From Candidatus Levyibacteriota bacterium (GTDB taxonomy: Bacteria; Patescibacteriota; Microgenomatia; Levybacterales; UBA12049), in assembly GCA_963790825.1 (NCBI GenBank), contig CAWBPM010000003.1, positions 125,681-189,680 on the forward strand: a stretch of 64,000 bases of DNA, in the 5' to 3' direction. The translations under genes were made by a program, and so were the position numbers. Positions 9,928-18,905 of the stretch are shown here, one piece after another (positions within the stretch are counted from its first letter, which is position 1; every line of letters starts with the position of its first letter). The notes beneath the pieces are model-generated. The model was not told the DNA's origin, did not search any database, and saw only the letters and a program-made list of their open reading frames with translations.

Positions 9928-10506
9928 CTAGGCGTGTTTTGTCAAATAATAGACAAAAATCGCTAATAGTAATCCGATCATAACACCAACACACACTTCC
10001 AGTATAGTATGTCTTTTTGTTTTTACTCTTGCCCAGCCAAGCACAGGAATCAGAAGAAGTAAAAGAAAATACCACCCGCTAAAAGCAATACCGAGCGCAG
10101 TAAAAAGCGCGGTACTCGTAGCTTCATGCATACTGGCTTTTACCCAAATCGTTACAATACTGGAAATAAAAATGCCAATAATAATACCAAACGTTACTGC
10201 AAGAAGAATAAACGGTGCTTTCAGAACAAATAATACCAGCATGTAAAGAAGGGTTATAATACTTAAGAATAAAAACAGTCGGGGCCGATCTTTTTTACGC
10301 GAAACATCCAGATCGCTAAACACACCACGATGCACCTCATAGACCATATATAACGTAACGATTCCTAAAAAAAACACCGAGATTATTTCCCATTCCAAAG
10401 CTACTTGAAAGTTTCTGGTCGCTCTCTCGACTAAAATATAAGGGAAGGCTAAAAATAATATGATCGGATTAAAGATATTGGAGATAATCCGGGCTAAAAA
10501 CATCAT
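9928..10506 (-). CDS. PAP2-like integral membrane phosphatase (possible undecaprenyl-diphosphatase)
   Basis: Six TM helices. Loose PAP2 motifs: K-x6-RP (SRKKDRPRL), SMHEA, R-x5-H (RVKTKRHT). Lies next to dgkA. Assignment is tentative. Confidence 0.35.
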   Translation of the reverse strand: MMFLARIISNIFNPIILFLAFPYILVERATRNFQVALEWEIISVFFLGIVTLYMVYEVHRGVFSDLDVSRKKDRPRLFLFLSIITLLYMLVLFVLKAPFILLAVTFGIIIGIFISSIVTIWVKASMHEATSTALFTALGIAFSGWYFLLLLLIPVLGWARVKTKRHTILEVCVGVMIGLLLAIFVYYLTKHA

Positions 10507-11912
10507 AAGTCGTTACTACTAACTCTCGCTAAAACATTTTCTTTTCCCAGAATTTGCAAAGACTCCGGGAGCGGCAAGCCTCTCTCGGAACCGGTTAAAA
10601 GATAATAAAGAACCGGCATGCGGATAGAGTATTTGGTCATGATTAATTTCAATACCATGAAAATTTCATCTTTTTCCCACGGATTTACTGTCTTAAGTAA
10701 TGTATATAATTCTTCTTTTACTTGTTGTTCTACATTATTTCGCGGAGTATTTTTGGGATTTATAAAAAAATGGCGCGTCAGTTCTTCAAAATCTTTTAAT
10801 GTTGTCATTCTTACATGAACCAAAGGAATAAGCTGATCAAAAAGTTTGTCGTCAATATCTGCCCATTTTGGATTAAATATCTTGAGACGTTTTTTTAAAT
10901 TTTCGGGGGAAAGCATTTGTATATACTGCTGGTTCATCCAGGTTAATTTAGTTAAATCAAAAATCGGGGCAACCGGACGGATATCTTTAAGATCAAACAA
11001 ATTAATAAATTCCTCGAGCGAAAATATTTCTTTCTCTTTAGGATGGGTCCAACCAAGAAGTGCTAAGAAATTGAGTATTGCTTCAGGCAAGTATCCTTCT
11101 TCGCGGTACCACGTAACATTCGTATGACCATGGCGTTTTGATAATTTTGATTTGTCTGGGTTACGAAGAGTCGCGGTATGGTAGATAAGCGGTACTTTCC
11201 AAGCAAAATATTGATAGAGTAACACATGTTTTGGCGTAGAGCTAATCCACTCCTCAGCACGGACCACATGCGTAATACCCATTAAATAGTCATCCACAAC
11301 AACTGCAAGATGATAGGTCGGAAAGCCGTCTGATTTTATGAGAATCTGTTCAGTTACTTGTTGGCTTTCGAATTTAATTTCGCCGCGAATTTCATCTTTA
11401 AATAAAATAATCATATCTTTCGGAACCCGCATACGGACAACCCAATTTTTTTCAGAACGTGACAACATTTCGGCTATAGTTGTTGGGGGTTCTTCTGAAA
11501 TAGTTGCAATAGTTGACCCGGATTTTTCTTTGTTAGTATAGTCTTTTTTTCGGCCTGCCTGATCCCGGGGAAGATAGGCAAAGTAAGCTTTCCCTATGTC
11601 AAGAAGTTTTTGTGCATAGGTATGGTAGGTTCCGAGCCGTTCTGATTGACGATATGGACCGTACTTTCCGTTCTTTCTGGGACTTTCGTCTTCCGGTAAA
11701 CCAAACCAATCGAGGGAATTAAAAATAACCTCTTCGGCTCCCGAAACAAAACGGCTTCTGTCCGTGTCTTCAATCCGAACCAGAAATTTTCCATTATGTT
11801 TTTTTGCGTATGCATAATTAAATAGCGCCTGATAAATAGTACCGATATGTGGATAGCCTGTAGGACTCGGTGCGATTCGTAACCGAACCGATGAATTATT
11901 TTTTTTATTCAT
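10503..11912 (-). CDS. gltX: Glutamate--tRNA ligase
   Basis: RIAPSPTGYPHIGT (HIGH region) and KLSKRHG (KMSKS-type). 469 aa. Confidence 0.85.
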   Translation of the reverse strand: MNKKNNSSVRLRIAPSPTGYPHIGTIYQALFNYAYAKKHNGKFLVRIEDTDRSRFVSGAEEVIFNSLDWFGLPEDESPRKNGKYGPYRQSERLGTYHTYAQKLLDIGKAYFAYLPRDQAGRKKDYTNKEKSGSTIATISEEPPTTIAEMLSRSEKNWVVRMRVPKDMIILFKDEIRGEIKFESQQVTEQILIKSDGFPTYHLAVVVDDYLMGITHVVRAEEWISSTPKHVLLYQYFAWKVPLIYHTATLRNPDKSKLSKRHGHTNVTWYREEGYLPEAILNFLALLGWTHPKEKEIFSLEEFINLFDLKDIRPVAPIFDLTKLTWMNQQYIQMLSPENLKKRLKIFNPKWADIDDKLFDQLIPLVHVRMTTLKDFEELTRHFFINPKNTPRNNVEQQVKEELYTLLKTVNPWEKDEIFMVLKLIMTKYSIRMPVLYYLLTGSERGLPLPESLQILGKENVLARVSSNDL

Positions 11913-11987
11913 AATCTACAAAAAATTGCAATTTCACTAAATGCTCGTCTGTTCTTGCATTGTAACGCATCTTTTCCTTATACTCAA

Positions 11988-13079
11988 GATATGCCCACTC
12001 TTCATCAAGTTACCGAGGAAACAAAAACTACCGCTGTCTGGGGAAGTATTAGTGTTGTAATACTTATTGTCCTGGTTATGATATTTAACGCACTGAGACC
12101 TATTCTGTTTCCCGTTCGTGAGCCGGCTCCGACAGTTTCATTTGCTAAACTTCCACCGATTATTTTTCCAGGTAACACTTCCGGGGTAAATCTTTCTTAT
12201 ACCATAGATACGCTTAGCGGCGATTTGCCTGTTTTAGCAGATCAAATGCTCGTGTATCAAGAATTGCCAACGCAAACGCCGCATTTATACATGCTTCAGC
12301 AGGAAAGCAATAAAATTAACGCTATCGGGTTTTCCGGGCCGAATATAACTGAGATCCAGTTCTCAGAAACGCTTTATTCTTGGACGCAATCAGGCGATCC
12401 GCCAAAAACAATTGTTTTAGACTTCCTTTCAAATAACTTTAATCTTACCTCTCCCTATGCTTCTTCTCAGGCTGTTTTAACCAGTAAATTTAGTGGGAAC
12501 GAAAGTACAGCTCTCAATATTGCGTCGAATTTTTTGAATGCAATGGGTGCAAATCTAAGTGATCTGGATTCATCGAAAACTACGGTGCAAAGATTAATGT
12601 TTGGAAATGGAACGCTTGTTCCTGCTTCTCTTCCTGCGCCTACACAGTTTATGCGGGTTGATTTTTTCCAAAATGATATCTTGAAATTCCCAGGGGATAC
12701 ACAAAAAGTCCACATCTACTACCCCAATCCCCCTCACTCAACGATGAATTTTTTAATTACTTCTGAAAGCAGTGGGTCCGGTCCTGCATCAAATGTGGTT
12801 AATGCAAATTTTCTTCACCAGAATATTGATTTTACAAATTCCGGTACTTATCCGATAAAGACAGCATCTGAAGCCGCGACAGAATTAGAAAACGGAGGTG
12901 GCTACATCGCCTCTAATTTTTCAAGGACAAATAAAATATCAATTAAGGACGTTGAGCTTGGATACTTTGCAGGAGACACTACTCAGCAATATTTGATGCC
13001 AATTATTGTTTTTTCTAATCCTGAGACCGGCTTTTATGCGTATGTGTCCGCAGTTCGGGATGAATGGATTCAAAAGTAA
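11988..13079 (+). CDS. Hypothetical secreted/membrane-anchored protein
   Basis: N-terminal TM/signal segment then a Ser/Thr/Asn-rich extracytoplasmic domain with no recognisable motif. ATG at 11988 preferred over the TTG at 11955. Confidence 0.35.
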   Translation, partial: DMPTLHQVTEETKTTAVWGSISVVILIVLVMIFNALRPILFPVREPAPTVSFAKLPPIIFPGNTSGVNLSYTIDTLSGDLPVLADQMLVYQELPTQTPHLYMLQQESNKINAIGFSGPNITEIQFSETLYSWTQSGDPPKTIVLDFLSNNFNLTSPYASSQAVLTSKFSGNESTALNIASNFLNAMGANLSDLDSSKTTVQRLMFGNGTLVPASLPAPTQFMRVDFFQNDILKFPGDTQKVHIYYPNPPHSTMNFLITSESSGSGPASNVVNANFLHQNIDFTNSGTYPIKTASEAATELENGGGYIASNFSRTNKISIKDVELGYFAGDTTQQYLMPIIVFSNPETGFYAYVSAVRDEWIQK

Positions 13080-13112
13080 TTCGTAACTTTTATTGATATT
13101 TTTTTTTCTACC

Positions 13113-14210
13113 CTACGGATTTATAAAATAAATATTACCCCTTACCAAACTGATCAGTTCTTTTGTGTCTGCAAAACGATTGTCACTTTGCATAACGATT
13201 AAGATAAATGTATGATTATCTTCTACTTCCGAAGTTACGAGAACTTGGCCTGCTTCGTCGGTAGTTCCGGTTTTTATACCCGTTATTCCATCAGTTCCCA
13301 GTAGTTTATTTAAGTTTAGCAAACTGAATGATTTTTTGCCGTTAACTGTTGTAATAACTTTCGTTTTTGTACCGACTACCTGGGAAAATGCCTTATTTTT
13401 CATTGCGTATGAGGCAAGCCGTGCCAGATCATAGACCGTCGTGTAATCCCAATCATCATTTAATCCATCCGGATCTGCGAAATGGGTGTTATAAAGATTC
13501 AGCTCTTTTGCTTTCGCATTCATCCGGGCCACAAACGCAGATACCCCTCCCGGATAATTCTCTGCCAACGCGTAAGCCACGTCGTTTCCCGACGGCAGCA
13601 ATAAACCGTATAGCATATCCGGAAAATATAATGCATCGCCCTTTTTCAAACCAACCCGTGAGCCTTCAATAGTATCTGTAAGACAAGTAATAATGGAATC
13701 GTTTTTATAGTATTCAAGGGATATTAATGCTGTCATAATTTTAGTCGTAGATGCCATTGAAAAACGAAGCGTTTTATTTTTTGAGAATAACGTAACGCCT
13801 GACGCGCTTTCAAGAATAATTGCCGCGTTAGCGCTAAGAACAGGAGTACGGATCTGCTTCATTACCGGATAAGGATTAATAATTTGCGCTGATTTTGTAT
13901 TATGAGAAAATTTACTTTGTTTTATATACCGCTCTAAAGAAATACTAATAAAAAAAAGAATTAGAAAAATGCCAAGCAAAATGAGTGGTATTAGGATGAG
14001 TTGTAAATTCTTTTCCTGAGTTAGAAAAAAATTCTTCCCTTGACGTAAATAGGTTCGCAGGTTTTTTTTAGAAGACAGATTAGTCGGCTTTCCACTTGGT
14101 GATTTTTGCAGGGTAGCGGCTTTCCCTGCGAATTTTTCTTTTTTATCTACAGTTTTTTTATCAACTGTTTTTTTCTTTTTTGTCAATTGTTGAGAATCTT
14201 TCATCGACAC
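13113..14210 (-). CDS. D-alanyl-D-alanine carboxypeptidase (S11 family, PBP5/DacA-like)
   Basis: SxxK motif (MASTTKIMTAL), SGN motif (LLPSGNDVAYALAE), KTG-like GIKTGTT. Lys-rich N-terminal region plus TM anchor. Confidence 0.75.
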   Translation of the reverse strand: MSMKDSQQLTKKKKTVDKKTVDKKEKFAGKAATLQKSPSGKPTNLSSKKNLRTYLRQGKNFFLTQEKNLQLILIPLILLGIFLILFFISISLERYIKQSKFSHNTKSAQIINPYPVMKQIRTPVLSANAAIILESASGVTLFSKNKTLRFSMASTTKIMTALISLEYYKNDSIITCLTDTIEGSRVGLKKGDALYFPDMLYGLLLPSGNDVAYALAENYPGGVSAFVARMNAKAKELNLYNTHFADPDGLNDDWDYTTVYDLARLASYAMKNKAFSQVVGTKTKVITTVNGKKSFSLLNLNKLLGTDGITGIKTGTTDEAGQVLVTSEVEDNHTFILIVMQSDNRFADTKELISLVRGNIYFINP

Positions 14211-15537
14211 GCTCCATATCTCGCGGGAAAAGGGATGCTTCGCGAATATTATTTAATTCTAACAGTTTCATGGTTAATCTCTCCAGTCCGAAAGAAAACC
14301 CTCCTTCAGGCGGCATGCCATATTTAAATGCCATAAGATATATTCCAAAATTCGCAGGATTTACTCCTTTTTTCTCCATTGCCGAAATGAGCTGATTGTA
14401 GTCATTTATCCTCTGGCTTCCGCTAAGAATTTCAAGTCCGCGAAATAGTAAGTCATAAGATAGACTATATTCCGGATTTTTCGGATCCGGACACGTATAA
14501 AAGGCTCGTTTTTTCGTTGGATAATGGGTGATTGTGACGAAATCCGATTGGTGTTTTTCTTTCGCCCAAAGATAAATTTCCTTTTCATCTTCAGGGTTTA
14601 AGTCAAGTTCTTTTGCTAAATCTCTCCCCGTTCGTTTGCTGATAATTTCTTGTGCCTGACGGAGTGTAAGACGTGGAATAGAAATCGGTACCAGTGGTTT
14701 ATCTACAGCAAATTTTTCTAAGATATCCGCATGTTTCTCTGAAACATTTCTTATCATATTTGCCCCGACAAATTCCAACGCGTCCAGTAACTCTTCAAAA
14801 TTTTCTATAAATGCAATTTCAACATCCATTTGTGTTGCTTCCGAGATATGCCGCGTTGTTACCGACGGTTCTGCCCGATAGGCTTTCGCTATCGTATAAA
14901 CCCTTTCAAATACTCCTACCATTATTTGCTTATAGAGTTGCGGACTTTGGGTCATAAATGCTTCGTGTCCATAATAATCAAGTTTAAACACTTCTGCGCC
15001 TCCCTCTGTCGCGCCGGATGCAATTGTCGGGACAAAGATTTCTGTGCAGTCAAGAGCGAGTGCTGCTTTGCGAAATTCTTCAGCCAAAGCAGCCTGGATG
15101 GTAAAAATCATTTGTACCCGCGGATGTTTCAGCGTTAACGACCTATGATCCAGAAGTGTCGGTAATTCGAGATTCAATTCTTCTTCTCCCATATCAAAAG
15201 GCAAGGCTTCGGAGACCGCAAGGATTTCAAGTTCGCTTGCTTCGAGTTCCACCGTGCCGCTGGCAATTTTTGGATTTATTAGTTGGTCCGGTCTTTTGTT
15301 CACTTTTCCAGTAATAGCAACCGCATACTCACTGCGAAGTCCGGATGCTGCGGCATGCGCTTTTGCAGATACTTGCGGATTAAAAATAACCTGTAGTAGT
15401 CCCGATCTGTCCCGAAGATCAATGAAAATCAATTTGCCGTGATCACGCCTGGCATGTACCCAGCCTTTCACCATTATTTCTTCACCTGTCCGCCTGGGCG
15501 TTTCTTTGACCAAAATTCTTCGTAATGCTTTTGTCAT
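14161..15537 (-). CDS. aspS: Aspartate--tRNA ligase, class IIb, short archaeal/non-discriminating type
   Basis: N-terminal OB-fold (VKGWVHARRDHGKLIFIDLRDRSGLLQV). Class II motif 3 (GMPPEGGFSFGLERLTM). ~459 aa with no GAD insertion. ATG at 15537 preferred over the longer ORF. Confidence 0.7.
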   Translation of the reverse strand: MTKALRRILVKETPRRTGEEIMVKGWVHARRDHGKLIFIDLRDRSGLLQVIFNPQVSAKAHAAASGLRSEYAVAITGKVNKRPDQLINPKIASGTVELEASELEILAVSEALPFDMGEEELNLELPTLLDHRSLTLKHPRVQMIFTIQAALAEEFRKAALALDCTEIFVPTIASGATEGGAEVFKLDYYGHEAFMTQSPQLYKQIMVGVFERVYTIAKAYRAEPSVTTRHISEATQMDVEIAFIENFEELLDALEFVGANMIRNVSEKHADILEKFAVDKPLVPISIPRLTLRQAQEIISKRTGRDLAKELDLNPEDEKEIYLWAKEKHQSDFVTITHYPTKKRAFYTCPDPKNPEYSLSYDLLFRGLEILSGSQRINDYNQLISAMEKKGVNPANFGIYLMAFKYGMPPEGGFSFGLERLTMKLLELNNIREASLFPRDMERVDERFSTIDKKEKNS

Positions 15538-15620
15538 AATTATAAATCGCCTGTTCCATATCATACTAGGAATTCGTTTACTTGACAAGCACAAATTTAT
15601 AGGATTATAATCGTTTTGTG

Positions 15621-15656
15621 CTATGAATTTTAAGTATCGTTTTTATCAGATCTCAC
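15621..15656 (+). promoter_or_regulatory. Near-consensus sigma70-type promoter (TTGACA-N18-TATAAT), followed by a ~100-nt structured leader
   Basis: ttgacaagcacaaatttataggattataat. Downstream, three mutually exclusive hairpins (atctcac/gtgagat; gagatttgg/ccaaatctc; atctcc/ggagat+T9) end in a U-tract just before the ATG at 15757. Confidence 0.45.
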
Positions 15657-15756
15657 ACATTAATCTCCTTGTCCTTATGGGATGAGTGAGATTTGGCGTT
15701 TAGTGTACATACCAAATCTCCTCATGATGCGGGAGATTTTTTTTTGGGGTAAAAAT

Positions 15757-17139
15757 ATGGCAGTAGTAGAATTAGAAAAACTAACAATTCGAGAAGTAGT
15801 ACCTAAAAAAAACGGTAATTTTTATGTCCTTAAACAAGACGGCGCGCTTAGGTTAAAGGATAATGTAACATTTGGTGGCCTTGGATCTACTTCTTCTGAT
15901 GGCTGGCGAATAGCGACAGACACTGAGAAGGCTAAGGTACACAATATGCGTACACAAATTATTTCGATATTAGGAATTGAAAGAATATCACAAATTCCGG
16001 GTCTCATTAATAATCCTGGAGCTAGAAAACAAGCTAGTGACACTGCATATGAATTAATTGGCGGTATGTATGGTATGGAACAAAAACCAGAAAGTGAAAC
16101 AGAATTAGAGCGTAAACAACGACGGGAAAGAATTGCTGTTCGCGTCAAAGGATATGGAGATATAGCAAACAGTGTTATTACCCATTTAGCAGAGGAACAG
16201 TTACCCAGGTCTCATGCTGATCTTACGATGGTAAACGAAATTAAAAATGCCAGCGATCCTGTAGAATTACTTCTTTTGGCTCACGATAATCGTTATCATA
16301 GACGGGTCCGGTTCGAAGCTGCACGAAAACTTCAGTTAATGGCTTTGGCAGCTGCTCTCGATCAAAGAGAACAAGAATCCGGTGTCGAAGAAAAAGGAAA
16401 GCAACTTGATATCTTTCTTGACGAACATGTATATAGTCAGGCCCGAAAACGGGGAGAAACAATACTTGCTTATTTATACAGTACACATGATCCGGAAACA
16501 TTTGATGCTACTTCGGTTAGAGTTTTGCATAAAACCGAAGCCGACAGACAAAGATTATTACTTAAGCCATACGAGAAAATAACTCCGGTTCAACGCAGAA
16601 CAGTCCAGTCAAATGGTCAGGAAATACCGGTATATGTAAACACCCGTCAAAAAGATCCGGTCGCAAGTGTATTAAAATTGCTGCGTAAAGGACATGAGAA
16701 TCCTGCAGTAGCAGTAGATGATAGCTTAGGACTTATGGCTGTACTTGAAACAGAAAACGATCTGGATAATTTCAGAACTCATTTGGTAAAAGGTGCAACA
16801 GAAGCCGGATCCATGTTACAAGAGGAAGAGACTCAAAACACGCTTCATGGAGAGAAACACGTGCCTTCCAGCCCCGGTAGTTCTCCTGATATACGGATGT
16901 ATAAAAGTCATATGAGAATTAACGGAATGAGATTCGAATTCCAGGGATATACTATTTTCTCATATTTAGATAGTTTATATCGTAGAGATAGTGGTCACTA
17001 CGAATATGACGTTAAACGGTTATTTAATAGCGGTGTGGTATCATTATTATTCCCGGAGACCGTATATGGTTACAACGAGGAAGACATGAGAGAATCGGCA
17101 ATTAAAAAAGTAAGAAGTGAGGTAGAATCGCAATATTAA
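15757..17139 (+). CDS. Hypothetical 461-aa protein with HEAT-like repeat and weak RelA/SpoT-like nucleotidyltransferase motifs
   Basis: PBS-lyase/HEAT-like PVELLLLAHDNRYHRRVRFEAARKL. C-terminal half has R-x-K..S.L.KL.RKG, DDSLGLMAVL...ENDLD and YKSHMRI...FEFQGYT...H.YEY, loosely like RelA/SpoT synthetase blocks (RxKSxxSIxxKIxRK / DIAGIRII..DD / GYRSLH / EIQIRT..HW.YK). Divergent; needs profile search. Confidence 0.4.
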   Translation: MAVVELEKLTIREVVPKKNGNFYVLKQDGALRLKDNVTFGGLGSTSSDGWRIATDTEKAKVHNMRTQIISILGIERISQIPGLINNPGARKQASDTAYELIGGMYGMEQKPESETELERKQRRERIAVRVKGYGDIANSVITHLAEEQLPRSHADLTMVNEIKNASDPVELLLLAHDNRYHRRVRFEAARKLQLMALAAALDQREQESGVEEKGKQLDIFLDEHVYSQARKRGETILAYLYSTHDPETFDATSVRVLHKTEADRQRLLLKPYEKITPVQRRTVQSNGQEIPVYVNTRQKDPVASVLKLLRKGHENPAVAVDDSLGLMAVLETENDLDNFRTHLVKGATEAGSMLQEEETQNTLHGEKHVPSSPGSSPDIRMYKSHMRINGMRFEFQGYTIFSYLDSLYRRDSGHYEYDVKRLFNSGVVSLLFPETVYGYNEEDMRESAIKKVRSEVESQY

Positions 17140-17141
17140 GA

Positions 17142-18809
17142 TTAGGATGATTTTAAATCTTTAATCTTCAGCTGCAGTTTGGTATTTCCGTTCCATTTGT
17201 TTTCATCAATTGTATAGGCAACACTTAGCTTATCGCCAACCCCTATGTCTTTAGCTAATTCTCCCATCCCGAAGGCAATTGCTTCAAAGATAGGAGAATT
17301 TTCTTGGTGGAGCATTAACTTTAAGTGCTTGCCCTCTCTACCCAAAATACGCAGATCCGAAACTTCCACATCGCGGCTGACAAATACCGGTTCGGGATTA
17401 CCCATACCGAAAGGCGAAAGCTTTTGGATTTCTTCATATAACTTAGGGCTGATATTATTTAATGACAATTCGCAATCTATTTTAATTCGCCGCGTTAGTA
17501 AATCATCGGTTAATATCTTTTCGCTCATTTCGCTGAGTGCTTTTTCAAGTTTTTTCAGTTTGGTTGTTTCTATCGTAAACCCTGCCGCCATTGGATGGCC
17601 GCCCAAATTTACAAAAAATTCCTGGTTTTTTCTTAGAAATTCAATGATATTAAATCCTACAACTGAACGAACTGATGCTTTTGAATATTCCTCTCCTATT
17701 GATAAGACTATTGCCGGACGATAAAATTCCTCAACCAGTCTTCCGGCAATCAAGCCAATTATTCCCTGCTGATACGTCTCATGTCCTAAAATTAATAATT
17801 TTTTAATAGGTTTCGACCGGATAGTCATACTGGCGTGAGTTACGGATTCCTTCATCATTTCTTGCCGCTCTCTATTCGTTCGTCCGAGTTTCACTGCCAG
17901 GCTTCTAGCTCGATTCGCATCTTTTGTGCAAAGTAACCGTAGGCTATCCATCGCCGACTCAAGCCGACCAGCAGCATTTAATCTGGGCGCTATGATGTGC
18001 CCGACTTCATAAACACCAAGGTTTTCCTTTCCACATGCTGCTTCCTCAAAAAGAGCCAGGAGACCGGGACGTGTGGTTTCACGTAACTTTTTTAGACCCT
18101 CCTTAGCTATTGCCCGATTTGCACCGGTGAGTGGAACCAAATCGGCGATTGTGCCCAGCGTCGCAAGTTCTAAATGAGTATTTTTCTCCTTCCCGGTATT
18201 TCTTTCTTTTTTAATTTCATTCGCCAAAACATAAGCAATACCCGCACCGCATAACTTCGTTGTATGGACAATGGCAAACGCGGGAGGCAGTTTTGTATTT
18301 TCCGGCAAATGATGGTCCGTAATAATTACATCTATTCCCTGGCTGTTCGCATATTTAACCGCTTCATTTGCCACAATGCCATTATCAACTGTTATTATCA
18401 ATTTCAAATTTTTACTGACAAGCTTCGCGTTTTCAATCCCTATCTTTGACAGACCATATCCTTCATCCATGCGATGGGGAATATACGGCATAATTTCAGC
18501 ACCTATCGCCCTAAGTGTTTCCCATAAAATTGCGGATGCGGTTATACCGTCAACGTCATAATCGCCAAAAACAATAATGTGCTCTTTTTCACTAATTGCT
18601 TTTTCAATCCGTTTGAGTGCTTTTGTCAATTGTAATTTATTAAGACCTACATTTTTTGGAGTAATATTTTCAAGTACCGGATTAAGAAACTCTTTGATTT
18701 CCTTTTTTGTTTTTATATCACGATTATGTAAAAGTATTTCTGTCAGTTCCTGGAATTTTGAATTTTGAATTTTGAATTTTGAATTATTTATTATTTCCCA
18801 TTTTTTCAT
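17142..18809 (-). CDS. recJ: Single-stranded-DNA-specific exonuclease RecJ
   Basis: DHH family motifs (VFGDYDVDGITASAIL; ITDHH; GGHPMAAG) and DHHA1 domain. N-terminal NSKFKIQNSKFQ is encoded by a heptanucleotide tandem repeat. Confidence 0.85.
   Translation of the reverse strand: MKKWEIINNSKFKIQNSKFQELTEILLHNRDIKTKKEIKEFLNPVLENITPKNVGLNKLQLTKALKRIEKAISEKEHIIVFGDYDVDGITASAILWETLRAIGAEIMPYIPHRMDEGYGLSKIGIENAKLVSKNLKLIITVDNGIVANEAVKYANSQGIDVIITDHHLPENTKLPPAFAIVHTTKLCGAGIAYVLANEIKKERNTGKEKNTHLELATLGTIADLVPLTGANRAIAKEGLKKLRETTRPGLLALFEEAACGKENLGVYEVGHIIAPRLNAAGRLESAMDSLRLLCTKDANRARSLAVKLGRTNRERQEMMKESVTHASMTIRSKPIKKLLILGHETYQQGIIGLIAGRLVEEFYRPAIVLSIGEEYSKASVRSVVGFNIIEFLRKNQEFFVNLGGHPMAAGFTIETTKLKKLEKALSEMSEKILTDDLLTRRIKIDCELSLNNISPKLYEEIQKLSPFGMGNPEPVFVSRDVEVSDLRILGREGKHLKLMLHQENSPIFEAIAFGMGELAKDIGVGDKLSVAYTIDENKWNGNTKLQLKIKDLKSS
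18752..18786. repeat. Heptanucleotide tandem repeat (GAATTTT)x5 in the first codons of recJ
   Basis: gaattttgaattttgaattttgaattttgaatta seen directly. A related 'caattttgaattttgcattttg' occurs at 37306-37327 inside sufC. Confidence 0.8.
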
Positions 18810-18905
18810 GTATTTTCGTATTATAGAACAATATATAGCTTTATCAACACGTCAAAAAGGCGCAAGCTCGATATTTGCTTTTTTCTTTTTGCTATACTAT
18901 AGAGT

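Noticed and set aside
15682-15756. Longer N-terminus (MSEIWRLVYIPNLLMMREIFFWGKN) for the unknown protein starting at 15682.
   Set aside because: This stretch contains the hairpin plus T9 tract and reads as low-complexity nonsense. ATG at 15757 with a GGGG-containing spacer is more plausible. The alternative cannot be excluded, so it is noted in the feature evidence.
16298-16320. 'ccggttcgaagc' T-loop-like sequence considered as a tRNA.
   Set aside because: It lies inside a continuous ORF and has no acceptor or anticodon stem complementarity around it. No tRNA or rRNA genes were found anywhere in the window.
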